A model generated the notes under the pieces. That model was not told the origin of the DNA. It saw only the letters and a program-made list of their open reading frames with translations, and searched no databases. Source: an uncultured Acidobacteriota bacterium (GTDB lineage Bacteria; Acidobacteriota; Thermoanaerobaculia; Multivoradales; JAHEKO01). From it: a DNA stretch of 50,586 nucleotides. How positions within the stretch are numbered: position 1 is the stretch's first letter; each line of letters opens with the position of its first letter. Positions 1 to 8,580 of this stretch are shown here, one piece after another. A program made the position numbers and the translations under genes. The DNA lies in assembly GCA_963713825.1 (NCBI GenBank), contig CAVQNG010000010.1:1-50586 (forward strand), written 5' to 3'.

Positions 1-113
1 CCAGCCGCCTGCACCCGGATCAGCACTTCGCCCTCTGCAACTTCGGGCCTATCGATCTCCCCGACTCGCAGGACCTCCGGCGACCCGTACTCGTCTTGGA
101 CAATGGCTTTCAT
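1..113 (-). CDS. 5' end of an MDR-family (Zn-binding alcohol dehydrogenase/quinone oxidoreductase-like) oxidoreductase; runs off the window
   Basis: Manual translation from ATG 113: MKAIVQDEYGSPEVLRVGEIDRPEVAEGEVLIRVQAA, a typical MDR N-terminus. Confidence 0.85.
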   Translation of the reverse strand, partial: MKAIVQDEYGSPEVLRVGEIDRPEVAEGEVLIRVQAA

Positions 114-155
114 GGTGTTCTCCCAGCTCGTCGGGACCGTCCCGCTGGCAGCGGT

Positions 156-383
156 TCAGCCCGTCGACAGCGCTGCCGCAGTGTCCGCTGATACGTCCAC
201 CGCAGCAAATAGCTCAGCCGGGTACAGATAGTCTTCGCCGGTCTCGTCCACGACGCGGATCAGGGATTGATCTTCCGCCTCCTCGTCCGCAAGAACGCGG
301 TAGAGCTTGCGCACAGCCAGCGAGGTCTCGAAGCCATCGTTGCGAACGCAGATCACGAACGATTGAGTGGGCTCGTTCCCCAT
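156..383 (-). CDS. Small conserved hypothetical protein (VVDETGEDYLYP motif)
   Basis: ORF 156..389 with ATG at 383; motif of a widespread small-protein family; directly downstream of 386..628. Confidence 0.75.
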   Translation of the reverse strand: MGNEPTQSFVICVRNDGFETSLAVRKLYRVLADEEAEDQSLIRVVDETGEDYLYPAELFAAVDVSADTAAALSTG

Positions 384-385
384 AT

Positions 386-628
386 TCAACTCAGCAATCT
401 CTTGATCTTGAGCTCTTTCATTCCTATCCCATGGGCTTCGTACGAGTGTACCTCAGCATCGACGATCGCTCCGTTCGGGAGCCTGACAGTCGCAAACCCT
501 TTGAGCTTCCGCCAGCGGCCTGGACCATGAGCTGAGACCAAGCACGGTAGTTCACGGATTCTCCTGCCGGTAGAGATGACCTCGACTCGCTCTACAATGC
601 CGACGATCTCGATTCTGGGACCCGTCAC
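386..628 (-). CDS. Small basic conserved hypothetical protein (GRWRKLKG...YEAHGIG motif)
   Basis: Real C-terminal part of ORF 386..1045; GTG at 628; the rest of that ORF is antisense shadow of the kinase. Confidence 0.7.
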   Translation of the reverse strand: MTGPRIEIVGIVERVEVISTGRRIRELPCLVSAHGPGRWRKLKGFATVRLPNGAIVDAEVHSYEAHGIGMKELKIKRLLS

Positions 629-784
629 AGTCCAAGAGACAGATTGCCTGCATGAGATCTGGCAACGTGCCCGACCAGATGCAGTACAATCCCTCACCTT
701 GATCGGCACAACCCATCGACACCCTGAAGCGGCCGTGCCCCTGTACCGGCCGTTCGCCGGCGCCCCTGCCGGCCGAACATCGGC

Positions 785-3781
785 ATGATTGGGACGACCC
801 TCTCCCATTTCAAAATCACCGCCAAGCTCGGCGAAGGCGGTATGGGTGAGGTGTATCTGGCCGAAGACACCAAGCTCGGGCGCGAGGTGGCGATCAAGGT
901 GCTGCCGGCTGCCCTGACTGCCGATCCGGAGCGCCGGCTGAGGTTCGAGCGCGAAGCTCAAGCAGCGGCGGCCCTCGACCATCCCAACATCGCCGTGATC
1001 CACGAGGTCGGCGAGGCCGACGGTCACCCGTTCCTGGTGATGCAACTGGTCAAGGGTCAGACCCTCCGCCAGATTCTTACCGATCGACGCCTGTCCCTGA
1101 AGGAGTGGCTACAGATCGCTACGGCAGTCTCCGACGGTCTGGCTCACGCGCACAAGAACGGCATCGTCCACCGGGATCTCAAGCCAGAGAATGTGATGCT
1201 CACCGACGAGGGCCAGGTCAAGCTGCTCGATTTCGGCCTCGCCAAACTCCTGGAACCCACTCCGACCGCGGCGGGTGGCACTTCCGATCTCGACTCGAAG
1301 CTGCAGACCATCAGCCGCGAGCTGACCATGGCGGGCAAGGTCCTGGGCACGGTGGCCTATATGTCCCCCGAGCAGGCCCGCGGCGAGACCGTCGACCATC
1401 GCAGCGACCTCTTCTCATTCGGAGTCATCCTCTACGAGATGGCGGGCGGGCAACGGCCGTTTCAAGGCGACACCGAGATCGAGAGCCTGCATGCGACTCT
1501 CAAGAGCGAGGCCCAGCCACTCTCCGACGTAGCCGGTGATATCCCTGCCGAGGCCGAACGAGTGGTGCGCAAAGCGCTGGAGAAAGAACGGGAACGGCGC
1601 TATCAGGACGCCGCCGATCTCGCGACCGACTTGCGCAACCTCGAGCGCGACCTCGACAGCGGCACCGCCCCGATCGTCAGCGGCCAGGCGCCCGTCCAGA
1701 CAGCATCTGCCACCCGTCGCTGGATGTTCCCGACGCTTGCCATCTTGGGCCTCGCACTCGCGGCCGCCATCCTGTGGTTCATGACCCGAGAGCCCAATGG
1801 GGACCCGACCGGGGTCGCCAAGGGCGCACCGGGTACGGTGGCAGTGGTGGGCTTCGAGAACCTCACCGATCCGGCAGATACCGAGAAGCTCGGGCGAATG
1901 CTGATGGGGCTGGTCACCACCGATCTGGCGGAGTCGGGCACCCTGCCGGTCGTCTCGGTGCCCCAGGTTCTGTCCGCGTTGCGCAAGGTCGGGGGCGACG
2001 GCGACACGTTTGATCCCGCACTGGCGTCGGAAGCAGCAAAGATTGCCGAGGCGTCGACCATGCTCGTCGGCCAGATCGGCAAGGCTGGCGAGAAGCTGAT
2101 TCTCACCGCCGACCTGATCGACGTGGACAGCGGCCGCACCCTCGGTTCGCAACGCCAGGAGGCCGATTCCTCCACCGAGCTCTTCGCCCTGGCCGGAGCC
2201 ATCGCCCAACAGACCCGCGAGCAACTCGGCATCGACTCGGACACCGCGTCGACCACCGCTTTCGACCTGGCCCACGCCCTGACCGACAATGAGGAGGCCT
2301 ACCGACGCTACGTGCTCGGCGAAACGGCCCTGCAACGTCTCGAAGTCGAGGACGCACTGGTCGAGTTCGAGGCCGCGATCGCCGAAGATCCCTCCTTCGC
2401 CCTTGCCTACTACAAGGCCGCGTCAGCCATCACTTGGGGAGCGCTCGGGGATGGACGAGCCCGGCTCGAGGCCGGTCTGCCTCACATCGGTCGTCTGCCT
2501 GAACACTGGCAAACCACCTACCGCGCCGTTTTGGAATCCGAGAAGGCCAACAATGACGAGGCCTGGAAGCTGTTCGATGAGCTGACACGCTCGGGCGTGA
2601 ACCTCCCCGACGCCTACTACTGGCAAGGAGAGATCGCGACCCACGACAGCCGCTACTGGGATCCACGCAAGGCGAACGAGCTCTTCGAGCGGGTCCTCGA
2701 CCTCGATCCGTCCTACCGATTGGTCTTTGTCCACCTCTTCGACGGCTATGTCATGGCGGGTGATCTGCCCACGGCACGCCGCCTGCTCGAGCGCTACAAG
2801 GAGGACTTTCCCGGGGATCCGACCGTCGATCGGGCCGCAGCGGTCCTGCTTGCCGCCGAAGGAGAGATCGACCAGGGCATCGCCATGCTGGAGGCCCTGG
2901 GTGAGTGGGACGTCCCGACACGATCGCGACTGGAGATCCTCCACCTAATGGCCGGCAACTGGCAGCGTGTTCGTGAGCTCGTGGCCCTCGACGAGGTCCA
3001 GGCCAGCCCGACCGACTGGCCGGACATGGCCGCCAAACGTGCACAAGCCGCAATCGGTGAGGGACAGCTTGGTGAGGCGATCGCCGAGCTCGAGGTGGCG
3101 GCGAATCTCGTCGAAGATACCTACCTGAGATCCAAAGCTCCCCATTGGATGGCCGTGGCTGGACGGCTGCAGGCCGTCACCGGACGCGTGGAGCCGGGGA
3201 TCGAGTCAGCCCGCCAAGGGATCGCGATCGATCCCTTCTGGGCCCAGACCTATTTCGACCTGGGGGAGCTTCAGATCGGCGTTGGAGATCTCGAAGGCGC
3301 GCGCCAGACCCTGGAGGAGCTCAGCCGGATCAACCAGGACGCGGTCACGGTGGCGGGCCGCTTCTGGGAATCGCTCCTGCGTGCCGAGATCGAACGCAGG
3401 GCGGGGAATCTGGATCTCGCCCAGAAGGCGATCAATCAGATCGATGCCATGGCACCGGAGTATCGCTGGGCACACTTCGAGCACGTTGGACGGGCCCGTC
3501 TTCTCGCCGCCTCCGGTGATACGGAGGGTGCTATCGCGGCCTATCGAGCGGCCCTCGACCCGCGCTCCTGGGAAGGCTGGCCGGCCGTCAGGTCGAGAAT
3601 CACCACCCTTCTGGAGTTGGCTGAGCTCGAGGATGGGTACGGTGACACCGAGAGCGCCCGGGTGCACTACCAGGAGTACCTCGACCTCTGGGGCGACGCC
3701 GACCCACCCGTGGTCGCAGTGCCTCAGGCCCGGGCCCGGCTCGCCGAGCTGTCCTTGAAAACAGCCAGCGAAACTCCCTAG
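785..3781 (+). CDS. Hanks-type Ser/Thr protein kinase with TM helix, TolB-N-like domain and TPR repeats
   Basis: [27 protein letters not shown] and YMSPEQ motifs; hydrophobic segment; VAVVGFENL domain; Ala/Leu-rich TPR-like C-terminus. Confidence 0.95.
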   Translation: MIGTTLSHFKITAKLGEGGMGEVYLAEDTKLGREVAIKVLPAALTADPERRLRFEREAQAAAALDHPNIAVIHEVGEADGHPFLVMQLVKGQTLRQILTDRRLSLKEWLQIATAVSDGLAHAHKNGIVHRDLKPENVMLTDEGQVKLLDFGLAKLLEPTPTAAGGTSDLDSKLQTISRELTMAGKVLGTVAYMSPEQARGETVDHRSDLFSFGVILYEMAGGQRPFQGDTEIESLHATLKSEAQPLSDVAGDIPAEAERVVRKALEKERERRYQDAADLATDLRNLERDLDSGTAPIVSGQAPVQTASATRRWMFPTLAILGLALAAAILWFMTREPNGDPTGVAKGAPGTVAVVGFENLTDPADTEKLGRMLMGLVTTDLAESGTLPVVSVPQVLSALRKVGGDGDTFDPALASEAAKIAEASTMLVGQIGKAGEKLILTADLIDVDSGRTLGSQRQEADSSTELFALAGAIAQQTREQLGIDSDTASTTAFDLAHALTDNEEAYRRYVLGETALQRLEVEDALVEFEAAIAEDPSFALAYYKAASAITWGALGDGRARLEAGLPHIGRLPEHWQTTYRAVLESEKANNDEAWKLFDELTRSGVNLPDAYYWQGEIATHDSRYWDPRKANELFERVLDLDPSYRLVFVHLFDGYVMAGDLPTARRLLERYKEDFPGDPTVDRAAAVLLAAEGEIDQGIAMLEALGEWDVPTRSRLEILHLMAGNWQRVRELVALDEVQASPTDWPDMAAKRAQAAIGEGQLGEAIAELEVAANLVEDTYLRSKAPHWMAVAGRLQAVTGRVEPGIESARQGIAIDPFWAQTYFDLGELQIGVGDLEGARQTLEELSRINQDAVTVAGRFWESLLRAEIERRAGNLDLAQKAINQIDAMAPEYRWAHFEHVGRARLLAASGDTEGAIAAYRAALDPRSWEGWPAVRSRITTLLELAELEDGYGDTESARVHYQEYLDLWGDADPPVVAVPQARARLAELSLKTASETP

Positions 3782-3898
3782 CGGCAGTGATCAGGACGTT
3801 CTGTTCGCAAGGACAAGTCCCTAAAATCCGTCAACACTGTTCAGGCTCCTAGTCCTCTTCGTCTGGAGAAAGACTGCCTTTCCCAGCATTCGAGAAGC

Positions 3899-3927
3899 TT
3901 GTTACGTATAACGTTATCCATTATAAT
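3899..3927 (+). promoter_or_regulatory. Sigma70 promoter of higBA with a palindromic operator in the spacer
   Basis: TTGTTA (3899-3904), 17 bp, TATAAT (3922-3927); perfect palindrome ATAACGTTAT at 3908-3917; ATG 5 nt after the -10 box. Confidence 0.8.
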
Positions 3928-3932
3928 CCCCG

Positions 3933-4229
3933 ATGATTCAGTCGTTCGCCAACCAAGGCACGCAGGATGTGTTTGATGGATCCTCGTCCAAGGTTGGCCG
4001 GCGAGTCTGCCCGGCGGGCCTCTGGAAGGTCGCCCAGCGCAAGCTCGACCAGCTGAATCAAGCGCTGAGGCTTAGTGATTTGAATGCCCCACCCGCGAAC
4101 CGCCTCGAGCGGCTCAAAGGGGATCGTCAGGGCCAGCACAGCATCCGAATCAACGATCGATATCGGATCTGCTTTGGCTGGACGCAGCACGGTCCAGAGG
4201 GCGTCGAGATCGTCGACTATCACGGCTGA
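3933..4229 (+). CDS. higB: HigB (RelE/ParE family) toxin
   Basis: MIQSF...PPANRLERLKGDRQGQHSIRINDRYRICF...VEIVDYH signature. Confidence 0.95.
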   Translation: MIQSFANQGTQDVFDGSSSKVGRRVCPAGLWKVAQRKLDQLNQALRLSDLNAPPANRLERLKGDRQGQHSIRINDRYRICFGWTQHGPEGVEIVDYHG

Positions 4230-4245
4230 GTGGAGGATTGGAGAG

Positions 4246-4551
4246 ATGGCTAACCTACCCAAGAATCGGCCGCCGACTCATCCCGGCGAGATGCTCCGCG
4301 AGGAGTTCCTCGCTCCTCTCGGCATGAGCCAGACCGAGCTGGCCCAACGCATCGGTGTCTCCTTCCCGAGAATCAACGAGATCATCAACGCAAAGCGTGG
4401 CGTGACGCCCGATACGGCACTTCGCCTCGCGAGGCTGTTCCGGACCACTCCGGAGCTCTGGCTGAACGGCCAGCGCAACTGGGACCTATGGCAGGCCATG
4501 CACTCGCCCAAGGCACGGGACATTCAGCGAATCAAACCCGTCGCCGCATGA
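4246..4551 (+). CDS. higA: HigA antitoxin (HTH-XRE)
   Basis: PTHPGEMLREEFL...TPDTALRLARLFRTTPELWLNGQ; ATG 4246 after GGAG-rich sequence. Confidence 0.95.
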   Translation: MANLPKNRPPTHPGEMLREEFLAPLGMSQTELAQRIGVSFPRINEIINAKRGVTPDTALRLARLFRTTPELWLNGQRNWDLWQAMHSPKARDIQRIKPVAA

Positions 4552-4631
4552 CCCGCGCTCCGGTCTGCCGTCCCTGTTGAAGCGGCCGCACCCGTGGCGG
4601 CCGAGTCCCCTATGCCCTATGCCCCTACTGC

Positions 4632-4695
4632 CACTGCCTCATTGCCCCACTGCCTCATTGCCTCACTACCCCACTGCCCCACTGCCTCACTGCCT
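4632..4695 (+). repeat. Tandem array of eight 8-bp units (CAYTGCCY consensus)
   Basis: cactgcct cattgccc cactgcct cattgcct cactaccc cactgccc cactgcct cactgcct. Confidence 0.9.
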
Positions 4696-4702
4696 CCCCT
4701 CA

Positions 4703-4735
4703 CTGACACCCCCTGACACTGCCCCCAGCTAGTCT
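4703..4735 (+). promoter_or_regulatory. CTGACA direct-repeat promoter/operator upstream of WYL gene 1
   Basis: CTGACA-N4-CTGACAC-N10-TAGTCT; same architecture as at 32992 and 44981. Confidence 0.55.
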
Positions 4736-4744
4736 CTCTGCCAG

Positions 4745-4811
4745 TTGAAGCGGCCGGCGCCTCTGCCGGCCGGGGCGGGCGGTGGCGTAGGGGCGGGGCT
4801 TGCCCCCGCCC
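4745..4811 (+). repeat. REP-like palindromes (a TGAAGCGGCCG hairpin plus a GTAG-type REP)
   Basis: TTGAAGCGGCCGGCGCCTCTGCCGGCCG and GTAGGGGCGGGGCTTGCCCCCGCCC (4787-4811); related copies elsewhere in the window. Confidence 0.75.
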
Positions 4812-4926
4812 GCTCGGTGTGGCTGGCGAACCCTGTGGCCCCCGCCATTGCGCCCCACCCCTTCGGGTGGCAGCCTAGCGCCACGGATTTGTTACCTTTT
4901 GGAGGTCACAACAAAGAGGGCCCTTT

Positions 4927-5874
4927 ATGGCAAAGATGCCCCGCTCCGCACGGCTCTTCGGGGTCGTGAATCTGCTGGCCGGCCGCAAGGCCCGCTCGAT
5001 CGATGAGATCGCCGATCGATTCGACATCTCCGTGCGCACTGCCTATCGCGACCTAGCCGACCTCTCCGAGCAGCACGTGCCCATCTACCACGACGAGCAC
5101 GGCTACAAGCTTATGGAGACGGCCACCCTGAAGCCACTCAACCTCACCACCGAGGAGCACGCCCTGCTCAAGGTCGCCCTCCACAACCCGGCTCTGCGGC
5201 ACCAGCCGGCCCTGCTCCAGCGCCTCGAAGCCCTGGAGATGAAGCTCGACGCCGCCATCGCCATGGCCGAGGAGTCGCCCCAGGCCCTGCAGCTCGCCCC
5301 GGTCGACCGCTCCGGCCCCCAGGCCAAGGATGCCCTCGAGCCCCTGCGCCTGGCCATCCAGAAGCGCCAGTCGGTGGAGATCCAGTACCACTCGCTCTCC
5401 GGCACACGTAAACGCTGGCGCGGCATCGACCCCTGGCAGGTCTTCCAGCGCTCCGAGGCCTGGTACCTGGTGGGCCACTGCCACGAGAACACCGAGCCCC
5501 GCACCTTCCGCCTCGACCGCATCGGCGGCGTCAAAGGCCTGGACACGACCTACGAGATCCCCGACGACTTCGACCTCGAAAGCCACCTCCAGGACTCCTG
5601 GAAACTCATCAAGGGCGAGGGCACCTACGACGTCGTCCTCCACTTCGACCCCTCCCTCGCCCCCCTCATCCTCAACGCCCGCCACCACCCCAGCGAAACC
5701 ACCCAAGAGCTCCCTAACGGCACAATCGAGTACCGCATTCAGCTCTCCAGCCTGGAGGAGATTTCCAGGTGGATTGTGGGATTTGGGGGGAAGTGTCGGG
5801 TGGTGGGGCCGATCACCCTTTCAGAATCGGTGGATTCCATCGCCAGGGCAGTGATTGCAGACAGAAACGAGTGA
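4927..5874 (+). CDS. HTH-WYL-WCX transcriptional regulator (YafY/PafB-C-like), copy 1
   Basis: wHTH SVRTAYRDLADL; WYL domain AWYLVGHC...RTFRLDRI; C-terminal WIVGFGGKCRVVGP. Confidence 0.95.
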   Translation: MAKMPRSARLFGVVNLLAGRKARSIDEIADRFDISVRTAYRDLADLSEQHVPIYHDEHGYKLMETATLKPLNLTTEEHALLKVALHNPALRHQPALLQRLEALEMKLDAAIAMAEESPQALQLAPVDRSGPQAKDALEPLRLAIQKRQSVEIQYHSLSGTRKRWRGIDPWQVFQRSEAWYLVGHCHENTEPRTFRLDRIGGVKGLDTTYEIPDDFDLESHLQDSWKLIKGEGTYDVVLHFDPSLAPLILNARHHPSETTQELPNGTIEYRIQLSSLEEISRWIVGFGGKCRVVGPITLSESVDSIARAVIADRNE

Positions 5875-5908
5875 TCAAGCAGGACTGGCACATTTTCCGA
5901 TCCAGAAG

Positions 5909-8122
5909 ATGTCAGAAACACAAGACACTTCGTTGACCTTGGGGGCCTGCTTCTCCTCAGTCGGGAGAGGACTCGAGCGGGCACTGAAGAAGGTGGGGAT
6001 GGCCCCTGACGTCCCAACAGACGATGTGTCTCGGCACTCTGTCGCTCGAGCTGTATCCAGCGTTATTGCTGATCAAAGACACCTAAGATTGGATCAGCTC
6101 CTGCCAGGTCTTGACCGCGTGCCCCACTCCAAGTTGCCTCTGATCGATCTGTCTATACGCGGTCAGAACATCCTGAAGAACGCTGGAATCAGGACTGTTG
6201 GTGCGCTTGCCGAGAAGACGATCGAGGAACTCTGGAAGCTCCGCAATTGTGGCGCTAAGACCGTTGATGAAATCTGCTCGATGGCGGTGGAAATCCATCT
6301 CGATCACTTCAAACCAGAATTCGACCAAGAATCGAGCGGTACTCAGCCGGCCAAGGCCAGCAGGCTAGCTGACGCTTCGGGAGCAAAGACTCGGCCGCAG
6401 CCGCGGAGAACCGAAGTCGTACTTGCCCAGTTGGGAGATTCCCTCGGCGTCGTTGCTAGTTGGGCAGCTGAGACACAAGAGGGGAAGGCTCTCGGTGACT
6501 TTCTCAGCCTCAGGGAGGGCGTTGGGCCTCTCCCGGACGATGTACAAGATGCACAATCCGCGTTCCTGTCCACGCGGTTGACCGCATTAATCAGCCAGCC
6601 GAGTGACGAGTGGGTCGGAGTCCTCCATAGGTTCTTCCAAGAGTTGGAGCCTCGAGAGCGCGAGGTGTTCGAGGAGCGCGAGTTAAGGAAGAACGGCAGG
6701 ACGCTCAACGAGCTCGGCGAGGAATTTGGGGTTACTCGAGAGCGGATACGTCAAGTCCAGAAGAGAATCGCCAGGAAGATCCGCAGGGCTCTAGCAGATC
6801 CCAAGCTGGCACCCTTTGGATGGCGCCTCTTCGAACTTTCATCAACCCTCAGAAACGGTGCTCCGGAGTGGAGTTCCCTACTTAGGAGTGCACTTGTCAA
6901 GGCACTACGCAGTCTTGACCAATCGATAGTGAATCCCGAGTTTCTGCTTTGGGCCGCCGGGCCGTACCGAATCCGCAATGGTTGGTGGCTGAGAGAAGAG
7001 GCGTCATTTCCGACGATCAGCCAGGATAGCGACTTGTTCACTAGTGGACTCACGATCAGCGAAGAAGCCGTTTCAGAATGGCTTGAGAGCAATGGCTTCG
7101 ATGCTCGATGGGCTGCCGCTGTCTTGGAAGAGTCCAAAGCAACGAGGCAGTTTGGCGATCGGTGGTTTAGGTGGGCCGGGTATGCCGCAGACAAGGCGGA
7201 AGTGATTCTCACCGTCCTCGGAAAGCCGACGGATTCGGACCAGATCGTGGAACGAATTGGCGAGGATTACAATTCAGTTAGCATCAGGAACCGACTCTTC
7301 GAGGATGATCGATTCGTCAGGGTCAACAAGCGCGAGTTCGCACTGGCATCCTGGGGACTTGAGGAGTACTCTGGTATCACCCAGGAGATCAGGGAGCGAA
7401 TCGAGCGGGAAGGTGGCTCCGTGGCCTTGTCCGCAGTAACGGAGGAGCTGGCGAAAACGTTCGACGTAGCCGAATCATCTGTCAAGGCTTATGCAGAGGC
7501 CCCGATGTTTGTGGTCGAGGGTGGCCGCGTTCGACTTCGAGGCCAAGATGAGCAGTATTCGGTCGATGATCGAATCGAGCTCGTGCCAGGTCTGTTTCCC
7601 GATCCCGACGCGAAGGAGGTTCACCTCCTTCATAGAGTAACCAAGGAGTCGATGCGGGGATCTGGTACCAGTATCAAGGAGCCGGTAGCAGCCGCCCTTG
7701 GCTGCTCACCAGGTGCTCAGGCTAGCTTCGCAGTAGGCTCAGACGAATCACTGGCCGTGACTTGGCCGCGAGCGAGCGCGACTGGTCCGTCGTTGGGGTC
7801 CGTACGCGCCCTCACCGATCTTACCCGGGCGAAAAAGGGCGAGGAAATTCGAATCACCTTCGATCTGGGAAATGGCACCGCCACGGCCTCTAGAGTTGAA
7901 GCCCGCGAGACCGACCTCGGCGCTTTGACAGGTTTGACCCTCGAAGAGGGAAACGAGTTAGGCACACTAGCCACCTCTCTCAACTGCTCTCGTTCAGCCG
8001 TTCGCGGGATACTGCGAGAGCGAGGCGATGGGCGAGTTGCGGATGTGCTACCAGACGAAGCCCCGGACCCAAAGCTGGATAAGGCCCTCGAGTCTCTAGG
8101 GGCTCTGCTTGACCGAGACTAG
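5909..8122 (+). CDS. Protein with RNA polymerase alpha-CTD-like and sigma70 region-4 HTH domains
   Basis: LSIRGQNILKNAGIRTVGAL...LWKLRNCGAKTVDEI (alpha-CTD); TLNELGEEFGVTRERIRQVQKR (sigma r4); start uncertain. Confidence 0.85.
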   Translation: MSETQDTSLTLGACFSSVGRGLERALKKVGMAPDVPTDDVSRHSVARAVSSVIADQRHLRLDQLLPGLDRVPHSKLPLIDLSIRGQNILKNAGIRTVGALAEKTIEELWKLRNCGAKTVDEICSMAVEIHLDHFKPEFDQESSGTQPAKASRLADASGAKTRPQPRRTEVVLAQLGDSLGVVASWAAETQEGKALGDFLSLREGVGPLPDDVQDAQSAFLSTRLTALISQPSDEWVGVLHRFFQELEPREREVFEERELRKNGRTLNELGEEFGVTRERIRQVQKRIARKIRRALADPKLAPFGWRLFELSSTLRNGAPEWSSLLRSALVKALRSLDQSIVNPEFLLWAAGPYRIRNGWWLREEASFPTISQDSDLFTSGLTISEEAVSEWLESNGFDARWAAAVLEESKATRQFGDRWFRWAGYAADKAEVILTVLGKPTDSDQIVERIGEDYNSVSIRNRLFEDDRFVRVNKREFALASWGLEEYSGITQEIRERIEREGGSVALSAVTEELAKTFDVAESSVKAYAEAPMFVVEGGRVRLRGQDEQYSVDDRIELVPGLFPDPDAKEVHLLHRVTKESMRGSGTSIKEPVAAALGCSPGAQASFAVGSDESLAVTWPRASATGPSLGSVRALTDLTRAKKGEEIRITFDLGNGTATASRVEARETDLGALTGLTLEEGNELGTLATSLNCSRSAVRGILRERGDGRVADVLPDEAPDPKLDKALESLGALLDRD

Positions 8123-8574
8123 TCTTTTGTAGGCGTTGATGATTCCACAAGAATTTCTTCTAGCGAGGTCATGAGCCTCACTGCCGGATGCGTTGCCCCT
8201 TGCAACTTGTCTCGCATCCAGTTGAGACCAGTCACAGCATATTGATGCGCCAGAGATGTCACTTCGCTGGGCTTGGAGAGACCTTTCTCGCCCAGCTCGG
8301 ACAAAGCTAGCAGCTCTAGGGCCGTCACACGCCAGGGCTCACGACCGAGAATCGCACCGCTATGGAACTTGATGAGGCTCTCCCGCGGGGGGACAGGTGA
8401 CTTGATGTCCAGTGTCGCGCCGATCATCACGGCCACCCACCAAAGGTCCACCTTTCGGCTGAAGGGTCGTGGGTCCTCAGCTGCTTGAGAGACCAACTGA
8501 TCGGAGAACTCCTCATCAAAGTCCTTCAGGAGGAATAGGTCCTGCGAGCTGTATGGCGCGACGATTTCTTCCAT
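8119..8574 (-). CDS. Small hypothetical protein, DndE-like by position
   Basis: 151-aa ORF directly after the DndD-like ATPase; DndE assignment is from context only. Confidence 0.6.
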   Translation of the reverse strand: MEEIVAPYSSQDLFLLKDFDEEFSDQLVSQAAEDPRPFSRKVDLWWVAVMIGATLDIKSPVPPRESLIKFHSGAILGREPWRVTALELLALSELGEKGLSKPSEVTSLAHQYAVTGLNWMRDKLQGATHPAVRLMTSLEEILVESSTPTKD

Positions 8575-8580
8575 TGTCAG

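Noticed and set aside
629-3758. Long overlapping ORFs within or opposite the kinase (also opposite the WYL, addA and ARH genes)
   Set aside because: Shadow frames of GC3-rich genes with no recognisable motifs
4632-4695. Possible CRISPR array
   Set aside because: Contiguous 8-bp units with no spacers; no cas genes in the window
5909-8122. True sigma factor or rpoA
   Set aside because: Only isolated region-4 and alpha-CTD modules are present
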